A stretch of 64,000 nt of DNA from Somniosus microcephalus (lineage: Eukaryota): contig CM126223.1 of assembly GCA_052327205.1 (NCBI GenBank), forward strand, positions 62,806,001 to 62,870,000. Reading direction: 5' to 3'. Every line of letters starts with the position of its first letter. Positions within the stretch are counted from its first letter, which is position 1. The notes below the pieces were generated by a model. It saw only the letters and a list, made by a program, of their open reading frames with translations. It did no database searches and was not told the DNA's origin. This document shows positions 12,660 through 24,529 of this stretch, piece after piece. Made by a program: the position numbers and the translations under genes.

Positions 12660-13090
12660 GTCAGCTGTGGCTCAGTGGGTAGCACCCTCGCCTCCGAGTC
12701 AGAAGGTTGTGGGTTCAAGTCCCACTCCAGGGACTTGAGCACGTAAAGCTAGGCTGACACTCCAGTGCAGTGCTGAGAGAGTGCCGTCTTTCGGATGAGA
12801 CGTTAAACCAAGGCCCCATCTGCTCTTTCAGGTGGACGTAAAAGATCCCATGGCACTATTTCGAAGGGGAGTTCTCCCCGGTGTCCTGGGGCCAATATTT
12901 ATCCCTCAACCAACATAACAAAAACAGATTATCTGGTCATTATCACATTGCTGTTTGTGGGAGCTTGCTATGTGCAAATTGGCTGCCACATTACAACAGT
13001 GACTACACTTCAAAAGTACTTCATTGGCTGTAAAGTGCTTTGAGACGTCTGGTGATCGTGAAAGGCGCTATATAAATGCAAGTCTTTCTT
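12660..13090 (+). mobile_element. Deu-domain tRNA SINE (SacSINE1-like)
   Basis: Complete head, core and tail, close to the other full copies. Confidence 0.88.
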
Positions 13091-13575
13091 ATTATTTAAT
13101 TATAATTAGTTCACTGGGAGCTGAAGAGGCCTAACACTACCATGGAGCCTTGTGCCACAATGATGTGCTTTGTTATGGATTCTTTTTTGGGGACAAGGCT
13201 CTGGCCGGCACTGTCTGAACAAGTTTCCTCTTGTGCAAGACCGATGGAATGGAGTCATGGTGTTCTAGTGAAGCGGGTGTGCGATACCACCATATTTGTA
13301 GTAGTTTAATCCTTGATGGAGAGACTGGAAACAGGCATCAAACCTTAAGAAATTCAGTTTATTCCCTCGAGTTCTGCACTCCTGCCTTGAATGTAATGGA
13401 GTGTGGTTTCATTTTCTAGGACATTTTCTACTCTGCCAAAGGCCAGAGTATCTGATTTACAGCATGATTTGTCGCATTGTATGGCTCCTCAATGTTGCGT
13501 TCATTACTGATTTTAGTTTTAATGTTATACCATAATTTGAGTTCTCGCATTTTGGCTTTTTAAAATGCCAACTTA

Positions 13576-14058
13576 TTGTCTGGATGAGTGCAGCTCCAAC
13601 AACACTCGAGAAGCTCGACAGCATCCAGGACAAAGCAGCCCGCTTGATTGGCACCCCATCCACCACCTTAAACATTCACTCCCTCCACCACCGGCGTACC
13701 GTGGCTGCAGTGTGTACCATCTACAAGATGCACTGCAGCAACTCGCCAAGGCTTCTTCAGCAGCACCTCCCAAACCCACGACCTCTTCCACCTAGAAGGA
13801 CAAGGGCAGCAGGCGCATGGGAACACCACCACCTCCACGTTCCCCTCCATCACACACCATTCTGACTTAGAAGTATATCGCTGATCCTTCTTCATCCTAG
13901 GTCAAAATCCTGGAACTCCCTCCCTAACAGCACTGGGAGTACCTTCACCACACGGACTGCAGCGGCTCACCACCACTTTCTCGAGGGCAACTTGGAATGG
14001 GCAATAAATGCTAGCCTTGCCAGTGACGCCCACATCTCATGAACAAATGAAAAAAAAA
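13576..14058 (+). mobile_element. CR1/L2-group LINE 3' fragment (same family as 2752-3936)
   Basis: WMSAAPTTLEKLDSIQDKAARLIG...LHHRRTVAAVCTIYKMH; A-rich 3' end. Confidence 0.85.
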
Positions 14059-15545
14059 TAGTTTAATGTTGCAGCAATAAAATGAAGGTGGAGTTAGCTG
14101 CCAGATTTGTTTTACATCTATACTCTTGCTGACAACCAGGGATGACTATCCCCCTTGACAGTGGGTGGTAGAGGAGGAGGCGGTAAATGGGATCTCGTTG
14201 AGGTTGTTCTAAGGTAGCGCACCTGGCAATGAAAGATGAGAATGAAGTCTGCTCTGTGGCCCACCCTGTAACCCAATACCCGAGCCAGGCAGGTCCACAA
14301 CACTCCAGGCTGCTGATGGGCGACCAGACAGCCAGGTTCATTAATGGGACCTAGTGGGTAGACCTGTCACTGGGGGACTGGGATTCTTCCCATTCTACAC
14401 CTCTCTAACCCTGCAAGCCAATGTCTTAATGGGTGAGGTGGTTCTGGCTTGTAAGAGCAGTGGGAATGCTTACCAATGCTCCGTGTTGATGGGCTGCATG
14501 GTTTTAGCTGGCTAAACTCGAGCATTAGCCAATGCTCGCCAAGGGGCCCTTTAAACCTTGGCTTTTGCCAACTTGCGGCTAAGCGTTTAGTACTTGGCTA
14601 AATGTGGTGTGCCCTATTTTTGGTGGGGGTGGGTTGGTGGTGGAGGGAGAGATAGAACAAACTCCGTATCGATCGAACAAACAGAATTTCTACCTGTGTA
14701 GATTTCTCAGCTTGGTATGAAGACACTTAAACACGGTGATTAATTTCTACATGTGCTAGACACCCAGCTGATCCAAAAAAAAAGTATTTATGTGACTCTT
14801 TTTATTAAAGTTATCTTCAGAAAATGTGTATATTTTGTAGAAGGCACTACTGGTTTGTTGCATCTGTTGTTACCCAAGGGTTATGGACACAATTGTGCAC
14901 ATGTTGGGGGAGAGCACATTGCCTGGAGGTCAGAATAGTTTGGGGGAGAGACTTATTATCTGTCTGTCATCGGTGTTTCGTTCAAGTTTTGAACTATGTT
15001 AGCTGGAATTTTCTAAGTAGAGTGTGAGTGATAGAACTTGTGTTCAGTGTCAAGTAGGAAATAATTTCCGCAGTTTGCATGACACTCAAGTCACTTATTG
15101 AGATGCATTACTTTGATTTCTCAAAACCTTGTAATTCGTTTGAAAAAAGCTGAGAGCAACGGAAACAGAAACCTCCCAGGCCAGACCTTCAGGTCAGCAG
15201 TTCGAAATCTTTCATGGTTATCTCTTTTTAAAAAAATAAAATTAAATTAAATTAAAAAAAATTCCCTCCCTAACTGGGCAGCTGTGCGGCCTACAAAGAG
15301 GCTGTTGACATGACACGGAGGTGATGGCATGTTAGAAATGTGGGCAGCTGCAAAATAGCCCGATGAACAGGTTCATTTCCTGAGCAGATAACACATGGGA
15401 GGGAGGGAGCGAGCAGTGGTCATCTGTGCAGGCTGACGTGCCAACGTTCAGAAACAAAAGTGGCTGTGGCATGAAAATATTATAAATCCAATGTGTTCCC
15501 TCGCCTGTTCTCTGCTGTGACGCATTCCACGTTCTTCTATCTACT

Positions 15546-15830
15546 ACAACAACAACAACTTGTATTTATAAAGCACCTTTAACGTAGTAAAACGTCCCAA
15601 GGTGCTTCACAGGAGCATTATCAAACAAAATTTGACACCGAGCCACATAAGGAGATATTAGGGCAGATGACCAAATGCTTGGTCAAAAAGGTAGGTTTTA
15701 AGCAGCGTCTTAAAGGAGGAAAGAGAGGCAGTGAAGTTTGGGGAGGGAATTCCGGAGCTTGGGTCCTTGGCAGCTGAAGGCACGGCCGCCAAGGTTTGTG
15801 CGATTTTAAAATCGGGAATGCTCACAAGGC
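15546..15830 (-). mobile_element. L2 LINE 3' fragment
   Basis: (TTG)n tail; translation SLSSFKTLLKTYLFDQAF. Confidence 0.8.
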
Positions 15831-16809
15831 CTCTACATGTACAACCAAACCTTCTTAAATCACTGTGACATCTTTTCATATGGCCACTGTAACTAGCAGT
15901 TGCATTTAGTATGTCAGATTTCCATGTGAAGATATTCTTCAAGACCAGCAAAATGGATTGGACCCCATTTGTCAACAACATTGCATTGTCTGCAGACAGG
16001 CTGCATTGTGAAATCAGTATTCAGATGAGTGTGTAGGGATGCAGTCAGTGTGTTAATTTACCCCCTTTTTTATAAAGAGTAACTTTTTAACAACACAATT
16101 TGGTATTTCAAGCTAGCCAGCCATGTTGATTGAATACAATATTGTTGGTGGGGGGGTTGTGAAGTTTGTCACCATCAAAGTTGATCATATTTCAAATGGG
16201 CTCTCCATTCAACTGCGTTTTAGCATTGAGTACGCCCGAGTTGCGGGTGGATTATATGCAGTTTAGGCGTCCCTCTAGATTGCCCCTTGATGTTCCTTTA
16301 ACCCGATCTCTGAGCGCCCATTCTGCACGAGTGGAGAAAGTTGTGTACACAAACTGTTAATATTTGTTTGCCCAAGAAGGAGAAAGTATGTCTGGCATAA
16401 ATAGTGTGCTTGGTGAGTCACCCAAACCTCTAAATTCCAGAACCTATGTAGGCGAACTGAAGCAATAATGTACATTAATAAGGTTACTGTAGGTGTGATA
16501 GAAATGATGAGTAGTATTGAAAGAACATGTAGGAGGGAATGGAATCCTCAATGACTCGTTTGCCTCTGAACTGTCTTATTAAATAATGTCTGAAGTCGGG
16601 AGATTTTTCCTTTTGCAAGTTAGCAGTTTGAATTGCAGGACATACATTTTGAAATCCGCTTTGTTCTTTGTCCTGTGTAGGAACTGAGACTAATGGTCTG
16701 CATATTTAAGTTAATAATTCCAGAAATGCAACTCTCCTGATGGTTCAGTTGGAAATTAAACTGCTCAGTGAGGAACTTCGTTTCAGGAAGGCTGCCAAGT
16801 TTGGTTTTC

Positions 16810-16844
<35 letters not shown>
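16810..16844. repeat. poly-C tract (~35 nt)
   Basis: Directly visible homopolymer. Confidence 0.9.
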
Positions 16845-16889
16845 AGCTTGTGCAGAATTACCTGATCTCACCTAGGCTGCTGGTAGAGT

Positions 16890-17200
16890 TGCTGCCCTCA
16901 ACACTTGGACCATGGTTCCATGGGCACTGGTATCTCACTCAAGTGGCCATTCCTCCCCTAAATGAGCCTGGACCCAGGGATGTCAGCAAGGTGTTCTAAC
17001 CCTGCCGATCGCCACTATCGACTCTGATTCTGTCCTCTCGTGACATCCGTACACACCTGCTTTCCAGTCAGGAACACTGGTTAGGGATCAGGAGTAGGAA
17101 CCCTGGATTTGCCTACTCTCAAACTCTCTGCTTAGTGCAGCTGAGGCCAGTTTTAATAGCCCCACTTCTGCATCAGCGGCGATCAGCTGACAGCACTATT
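16890..17200 (-). mobile_element. old tRNA-like SINE (second family)
   Basis: GATCAGGAGTAGGAACCCTGG and GCGATCAGCT are reverse complements of motifs in the 10620 and 62215 copies. Confidence 0.45.
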
Positions 17201-17348
17201 CTACTGCCCAGATTCCTTTTTACGTCGCTGTCCTGTTTATTTGAAAATAAATTTCTGGATGGAGAAGATATCTAATTGGATTTGAACCTCTAAGATGTAA
17301 CTGACTGCACTTAAGAGTACTTTCATAATGTATACTGCTGAAACTAGC

Positions 17349-17576
17349 TAGAAAAATAGGAGCAGGAGTAGGCCATTCGGCCCTTCGAGCCTGCTCCGCC
17401 ATTCAATATGATCATGGCTGATCCTCTCTTAATACCATATTCCCACCCTCTGAGTGAAGAAATTTCTCCTCATCTTGGTTCTAAATGCCTTACCCTGTAT
17501 CCTGAGACTGTGACCACCCCCAGCTAGGGGAAACATCCTCCCTGCATCCAGTCTGTCTAGCCCTGTCAGAATTTTA
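17349..17576 (-). mobile_element. CR1 (HER1-like) LINE 3' fragment
   Basis: GGCCATTCGGCCC tail motif; translation KILTGLDRLDAGRMFPL...GHSLRI...RRNFFTQRV. Confidence 0.85.
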
Positions 17577-18126
17577 AAGAGAATTGAATGGATAGATAAA
17601 CAATTGAAAGCTAGTTTGGATGCCCTAACCTGTTGCATTACTTTGAAAGTGAACCTGCAAATCATCCTCATTAGTTTAGCTTCGGTATAATGGAAAGGGA
17701 AAACCCTTTAGGAATCCAATTGGACCTGCCCATCCACCCCTCTACACACTCAGTGCCCACCTAGTCATTGCCTTGATGGCAGATGTGCATGACATTAAAG
17801 ATTTTGAAGATTGGATTTGTTTATTATGTTCGTCTGTTCGAATGATTGCTCAACGCGGTAATAATTTCTTAATGTTTGGGAGTGTTTGGCGGTTTGTGGC
17901 CTTTTTATTTAACAACTGAAAGGTGCCACTGACTCAATGCAAGTCTTTACCAGCAGAACTGGCAGGTGCTGCTAGCAGCTTAATCCCACCCAATTCTCGT
18001 GCCAAGCCTTTGGAAGGATTATTGCAAATCTGAAGTAGCATGTCTATAAAGTCAAGTAATGCGTCTTTTACCAAGAAACGCACTTATTTTGGATCTTTGA
18101 TGTTAAATGAGCAGGTAAAAACCAGT

Positions 18127-18366
18127 AATACAAACCGAAAATGCTGGAAATACTCGGCAGGTCAGGCAGCATCTGTGGAGAGAGAAACTAGAGTTGAAGT
18201 TGATGACTGCAATTAAATGCAGCTTTCCAGTTCTGATGAAGGGTCATCGACCTGAAACGTTAACTCTGTTTCTCTCTCTCTACAGATGCTGCCTGACCTG
18301 AGTATTTCCAGCATTTTCTGTTTTTATTACAGATTTCCAGCACCCGCAGTATTTTGCTTTTGTATT
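18127..18366 (+). mobile_element. Penelope-derived foldback (inverted pseudo-LTR) element
   Basis: Arms AAAATGCTGGAAATACTC..GGCAGCATCTGTGGAGAGAGAAAC and their reverse complement match the Penelope terminus at 34130-34230. A degenerate 16-bp direct repeat flanks it. Confidence 0.75.
18229..18265 (+). ncRNA. minimal type I hammerhead ribozyme motif (Penelope-type)
   Basis: AGTT-CTGATGA-AGGGTC ATC GACCT-GAAACGTT-AACT: stem I AGTT/AACT, CUGAUGA and GAAA core boxes, stem II, palindromic ACGT helix III. Confidence 0.7.
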
Positions 18367-18980
18367 GGTGAAAACTGGTAATCGAAACAAGACTGGTTGG
18401 AAAATCTAGGCTCCAGTCTTAGCAGCAGTTGTGGGGTTAAATGCTTCTGGGGCTCTGAAACCATGCGTTTGTTACTTGTGCTGGTCAAAAGGTACAATCA
18501 CTCCAGCTGCATCAGATTGGTATGGGTATTGCAGCATTTACCTCCTTTGGGGAGGTGAGGTCGGTAGGGGAAATAGGTGTGAAGATTTTCAGGCTCATCC
18601 TGTGTTCTTTATCACATAATAATTTGGAAATTAAAAACAATGGCAAATTCAAGCATTTGATTTTTTTATTGGAAAAAAAGCTTTCCTGCTGGGTAAGAGA
18701 TGGAATGGAGCATGAGGATGTGTTTTTAATGATGAGGTTCTAGATTGTTTACAGCTTCTCTTTGAACTCCCACGTCGGGGGTGGGGTTGCATACGGTGCA
18801 CTGTCAGGTAATGAATTTGATTATCAAATGCTGATTAAATCCAGAGTCTGCCTTGCTTTGCTGTGAAATCACTGGTTGGCAGCAGTTGTATTTCCAGTCT
18901 GATTGCTTGATCTCATTGATTTCAGTGAGGAGAGTCCTGTGAGCAGCAGGATTACATTGTTCACTATATTATTTAGATTT

Positions 18981-19523
18981 ACTTAATACTGTGAGCAATT
19001 CTGGGCACCACACCTTAGGAAGGATATATTGGCCTTGGAGGGAGTGCAGCGTAGATTTACTAGAATGATACCCGGACTCCAAGGGTTAAATTATGAGGAG
19101 AGATTACACAAACTAGGGTTGTATTCCCTGGAATTTAGAAGGTTAAGGGGTGGCTGGATCAAAGTTTTGAAGATGTTAAGGGGAACAGATACGGTAGATA
19201 GAGACAAACTATTTCCGCTGGTTGGGGAGTCTCGGACTAGGGGACATAGCCTAAAAATTAGAGCCAGACCTTTCAGGAATGAAATAAGGAAACCCTTCCT
19301 ACACGCCAAGTGTGGTAGAAGTTTGGAACTCTCTTCTGCACATGGCAGTTGATGCTAGATCAATTGTTAATTTTAAATCTGAGACTGATGATTTTTGTTA
19401 ACCAAAGGTATTAAGGGATATGGGGCAAAGGCGGCTATATGGAGTTCAGTCACAGATCAGCCATGATCTCATTGAATGGAACAGGCTCGAGGGGCTAAAT
19501 GACCGACCTCCTGTTCATATGTT
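18981..19523 (+). mobile_element. CR1 (HER1-like) LINE 3' fragment
   Basis: ALEGVQRRFTRMIPGL..LNYEERLHKLGLYSLEFRRLRG...SRTRGHSLK; CR1-type 3' tail. Confidence 0.9.
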
Positions 19524-19789
19524 TGCATTAAAAAAAAAATTAACCCTCTTCTACCTGACACCGTTCCAATGTGGCTTCCTTGGCCCAGTGTCTTACAATG
19601 CATCCCCACATCATTGCTTCAGCCAAGTAAGTGAAAAAATGTGCAATGACTTGTTTTAGTAACTAGTGACCAATATATTAATTTGGCAAATAATTTAATA
19701 ACTGGTGGGGACCTGCGTTATTGTATTTGTTTTCTCCTCTCACTTTGTGCCATAGGTGCCAGCTATGTTCTATTACCTCACCGCCCCAC

Positions 19790-20110
19790 CCCCAATGCCC
19801 ATTCTTCACGTGAGTCTAGACAATGAGTACCGGCAAGTTATTCGTGGGGGTGGGGGAGAGAGGATAACAGTTTCGTGCGACCCTGCCCTCAACTGACAAC
19901 CATGCACGTGCACTAATTGAATCAGGAGCAGGAACTTTGGCTGAGTTTATTTAACATTTCACCATATCCTAAGGTAATAAAATCAATTGTAGCATCTCCT
20001 CTATTGCATCAGCTGAGGTTAGCTAACTGAGCATGGACTGGAGATTAAAACTGGGCTCTTCCACGTTGATGTAGCTCAGCTCTGCTGTAGGCAGTTTGTG
20101 CATTTGCCAA
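19790..20110 (-). mobile_element. old tRNA-like SINE (second family)
   Basis: ATCAGGAGCAGGAAC and GAGGTTAGCTAACT motifs shared with the family. Confidence 0.45.
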
Positions 20111-20208
20111 CTGAGCATTTTGGGAGACCACATTTGGGCAATATGCTTTCTAATTGGCTAGCTTCCATAACCCAGTAATCTGAGAGTAGAGAAGGACAAC
20201 ACTTTTGA

Positions 20209-20642
20209 GTATCAGCCTTGGCTCAGTGGTAGACTCTTGCATCTGAGTCAGAAGTTTGTGGATTCAAACCCCACTCCAGAGACTTGAGCACATAATCTAG
20301 GTTGAAACTCCAGTGCAGTGCTGAGGGAAGTGTCGTTTTATAGATGAAATGTTAATCAAGGCCCCGTCCGCCCCCTCGGATGGATATAAAAAGATCGTGC
20401 GGCACTGTTTGAAGAATAGCAGGGGCAGTCACCCGATGTCCTGGCCAACATTTATCGCTCGAGCGACACCACCAGAAACCGATTTATCTGGTCAATTCTC
20501 TCATTGCTGTTTGTGGGACCTTGCTGTGTAAATTGGCTGCTGTGTTTCCCTACATTACAACAGTGACCACTTCAGAAGTAATTCATTGGCTGTTAAGCAC
20601 TTTGGGGCGCCTTGAGGACATAAAAGACACACTATAAATGAA
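20209..20642 (+). mobile_element. Deu-domain tRNA SINE, diverged
   Basis: GGCTCAGTGGTAG head, Deu core and decayed tail. Confidence 0.75.
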
Positions 20643-21479
20643 TTTTTTTTAAACATCATTAAAATTAAATTCTGTTGGTCACCAATAACTTTAAATACTT
20701 GTGGTTTAACAAACTACACGTTTTAAATTGAGCGAGATGCTATGCTGGGTTTTTTTTTTAAAGCCTGTGACAATTTATTTTCTTTGAAAATGATGGTGAC
20801 TGAAATAAATTGTCTAATGGCACAAGACCAAACCAATCTGAACTTTGGAATAAATCATTAAAAAAAAAGTGACATCTTTTAATCAAGAAATACTTGCCTG
20901 TCTTACTGATGAGCTGTGTGTTGATTGAGTATTGGGTGTACTGTAGGCTCCAGCACACAGCACTCATTTACGGAAGGATTAAGAGCAAAAGGAAGATGGT
21001 CGATGATTTAAAGCTTGCCCTTTCCTCAGTGAATTCTCTCTCTCTCTCTTGACTGGGGCAGGTCAGGGAATGAGTTTACTGGGCATATAGCACTGAATAG
21101 CTTAGTTAAGCTTGGCTACTCCCATTCAGGAGAATTGTGGATGGAAAATACATTCCATTGCAAAGTTAGCTGACACTTTCAGTGCTACACTTGATAGGTA
21201 TATACAGTGACGTGAGACCATCTGGTTACCTCGGGTGAAAATAGCTCCCTGTCTTGTGCAATTTGTTCCCCCCCTCCAGAACTGATGGCTATTTAAACTT
21301 GGGTCCAGATGAAGCCCATCAGCTAATGGGGTCAGGATCCATTTAAAAATAGACAAAAATATGATCAGACAGCAATGGGAGTGATGCAATTGTTCTGCCC
21401 GCCCAACATTAACCCCCCCCCCCCTTTCCCCTTGACCGCCAGCCCCTCCTGACCCTATTGGGCCCTGCTTAGATGCATT

Positions 21480-21760
21480 GACAAGATTCCAGCTTCTCTG
21501 CAGCCGCTCACCCTGCGGCCATTCTTAATGTGATCTTCAGCAGTGCGGGTGGAATAACGGTCTATGCCAATCCTTCCTGTGTGTGGCCATACATTTATGT
21601 ATTAAAACATTGAGCGTCCGTGGACGGAAATCGAGAATGGGAGCCCTGACCGATTTTCTTCCTTGCCCAGGGCTGCTGAGGTAACTTGTAATGCCTCTGT
21701 TGCTACCCCTGCAGAGATCAGATAATTCAACACAGGGCAAGGGATTGACTCTGTGTATCT
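21480..21760 (-). mobile_element. old tRNA-like SINE (second family)
   Basis: GAGATCAGATAATTCAACACAG..GGGATTGA is the reverse complement of the family B-box region. Confidence 0.45.
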
Positions 21761-22103
21761 ATTTGATCTCTTTCCCACCACCACCACCACCATCCCTGAC
21801 CTTCTGATCTAACTCTTTTTTGGAGGGGTAGTAACATCAGCAGTGGTGGCATAATCACAAAGCTAGGCATGGTTTCAAGTTATAATAATCAAAACAAGAT
21901 GACTGCATTACCTGTAATTATGACTCATGGTTGCTCGGTGCAAGCCCGTAATCTCGTGATGTTTTCCCTCGACTACTTTTAAACTGCAGTCACGAGCTGA
22001 GAGGACTGTTGCCTCCAATTTCACGTTTGGGATCTCTCTGTGCCCTGTGCTCAGTCCAAATAAAATGAGATTGAAGGAACAACTGCTGCAAATTCCTTTC
22101 CAC

Positions 22104-22254
22104 CTAATTTTGTTCATCTGTAATTAATTATGAGGAGAAACAGCCATTCTCCAAATTTTGTTAGTCTCCAATGTCTCCTCTGGTAAACACGTATACAAGT
22201 GAAAATAAATACTGCACAGCAAGTGAGCGCTGGATTTATCCATCCCACAAAGAA
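22104..22254 (+). repeat. left arm of 151-bp inverted repeat
   Basis: Reverse complement of 23260-23410 with 2 mismatches by eye. Confidence 0.92.
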
Positions 22255-22381
22255 TAAAGTGATACTGAAAATATCAGCAAGGAATCTTGCACAGTAAAAA
22301 GCACACTGCTCCCAGTCATGATGATGTCTATGCGAGAGGTCCTCATAAAAGTCATATCCAGATCTGCTCCTGGAGGCAGCA

Positions 22382-22668
22382 AAGAAAGAAAGACTTTAAT
22401 TTATATAGGGCCTTTCGTGATCTCAGGATGTCCCAAAGCGCTTTACAACCAATTAAGTACTTTTCTTTTTGAAGTGCAGTCGCTGTTGTAATGTGGGAAA
22501 CGCGGCTGCCAATTTGTGCACAGCAAGCTCCCACAAACAGCAATGTAATAATGGGACCAGATAATCTGTTTATGTTGTTGATTGAAGGATAAATATCGGC
22601 CAGGACATTGGGGAGAACCCCCCTGCTCTGCTTCGAAATAGTGCAGTGGGGTCTTTTACATCCACCTG
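22382..22668 (-). mobile_element. Deu-SINE, 5'-truncated
   Basis: Tail and 3' half of the core. Confidence 0.8.
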
Positions 22669-22892
22669 AAAAATGCTGATACGTTAATATTTTAAAAAAA
22701 TATAATGGATCAACTAATTAGATAAATGACGGACGATATGTACTCTGATACAACCAGGTGTGTGAGGAAATACACTGGGATGTGTTTTTAGCTTTGTAAT
22801 TATGGGGGTTCTGTATTCATTGTTAGGCCAACATGTGTAGGAATAATAACTTCTGGTAGCTTAATTGTGCTGCGAGATAAGTTTAAAGAAAA

Positions 22893-23022
22893 ATTTGCAT
22901 TTATACAGTGCCTCTCGTGACGTAAAGGACGTCCCAAAGCGCTTTACAGCCAATGAAATACTTTTTGAAGCGTGGTCACTGTTGTAATGTAAGGGAACGC
23001 CTCATCCAAAAGACGGCACCTC
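22893..23022 (-). mobile_element. Deu-SINE fragment with internal deletion
   Basis: Tail joined to the CTCATCCAAAAGACGGCACCTCC core piece. Confidence 0.7.
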
Positions 23023-23259
23023 CAGTAGATGAAACTTCAGTAAATATTTGGCTCCTGTTTTTATGCTGTATTTAAAATCCCGATGATCGTGAATACATTC
23101 ATAATCCTGTGATTGTGGATAGGGGCCTGGGACTATCTGACACAATAATCTACCATCCACACAATTGATGTATTTTGTCAAGTCCGGGCCGTGCTAGTAG
23201 ATAAGGTGCCTCATTGTAGTCAAGTATCCCTGGCTGCCACACCTGGTGACGTTGTCGGC

Positions 23260-23410
23260 TTCTTTGTGGGATGGATAAATCCAGCGCTCACTTGCTGTGC
23301 AGTATTTATTTCCACTTGTATACGTGTTTACCAGAGGAGACATTGGAGACTAACAAAATTTGGAGAATGGCTGTTTCTCCTCATAATTAATTACGGATGA
23401 ACAAAATTAG
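23260..23410 (-). repeat. right arm of 151-bp inverted repeat
   Basis: Reverse complement of 22104-22254. Confidence 0.92.
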
Positions 23411-24136
23411 CATTTTTCAAATCCTTGCATTCCTGTTGTATCCATCATCTCTGACTGCGATAGTTCTTGTACAGCAGTATAATGAACAATTTGTTTATGG
23501 AGAGTCCCTTGTTCCATAGTATTTGAGGCATATAATGCTTGGGCAGCAATGAATGAAGAGCTCCTTATGTACTACAAAGATATGACTTTTATGAGGACCT
23601 CTCGCATAGACATCATGACTGGGAACACTGTGCTTTTTACTGTGCAAGATTGCTTGCTGATATTTTCAGTATCACTTTATTTACACAGTTTTATATATAC
23701 AAGATGGAAGCTGGATTTTTGTTTTGTCTAAAGAGGGCATTGTTCCTTCATGGGTGTCATGACCATCAACACCATTGTCCTAGATGTATACTATACTCCA
23801 GTATTATTTTTTTGAAGATGCCTGAAAGAGGTCAGTTATTCTTGGTTCAGTGACAATCCATTAGCACTGCTCCAACCCCAAGGGTATTGAGAGCAAAGTA
23901 ATACCTCCGAAGATAAATGCGGCCCAGCACCACCCTCCTTGTTGCATAAATTCATGTGCAGGTTCCAGTGTGATACCTGTGGAGGGGTGAGCAGCTTTGA
24001 ACCCATGTGTAGAGCTGCAGTAAGCAATTTTATTTATGATTTGGAAGAGTTTTCCAGATTTAATTTTTTTTAGCTCTCTTCAATTAAAAAAAATTGTTTC
24101 TTCTTCACAGTCTCCCTCCCAATTAATAATTCAACT

Positions 24137-24529
24137 TTATTGTCATTGTACAATGCACAAGTACATGAACAACGAAATGTGATCTTGCAAGCTCCCATGA
24201 GTCCAGTACAAATAACATTAAACGTAAATAGCACCGTCCTGGGAGAAGCAAAGCCGCTGCGTCTGTGCGCGCCGCCATTCCATTTCCACCATTCCTCCTG
24301 TCCGACAATCTTCAGCCCAACGCCCGGGCCTGCTCACCAGCCGCCCCTCCCGGGGCTCCTTCCGTGACCTTCTCACCAACCGCCCCTCCTCGGGGCTTCT
24401 TCCGTGACCTTCTGCACCTGGTCTTTCCCTGATGGTCACCCCTCCAGGTACTAATCCAGGCCTGGCTCTGCTTAGCTTCCAAGCCTTGCCAGTGACCCTG
24501 TCCCTAGTCCCAGGAACAGGGCTTACAGC
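24137..24529 (-). mobile_element. 5S rRNA-derived SINE (SINE3-type) with Rex1/Babar-like tail
   Basis: Minus-strand GGAAGCTAAGCAGAGCCAGGCCTGGATTAGTACCTGGAGGGGTGACC aligns to the 5S A box, IE and C box. 8-bp TSD ATTCAACT at 24129-24136 and 24530-24537. The tail resembles 5480-5555. Confidence 0.78.
24333..24411. repeat. ~39-40 bp tandem duplication inside the 5S SINE body
   Basis: CTCACCARCCGCCCCTCC(T)CGGGGCTYCTTCCGTGACCTT occurs twice. Confidence 0.8.

Noticed and set aside
12660-12735. tRNA gene
   Set aside because: A and B boxes are present but continue into the SINE body with no terminator; this is a SINE head.
23191-23400. 69-aa ORF across the right inverted arm
   Set aside because: No recognisable homology, GTG start and no splice signals; likely a chance ORF.
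24410-24529. Functional 5S rRNA gene
   Set aside because: The 5' third does not match 5S, there is no T-run terminator, and it lies within a TSD-bounded retroposed unit.
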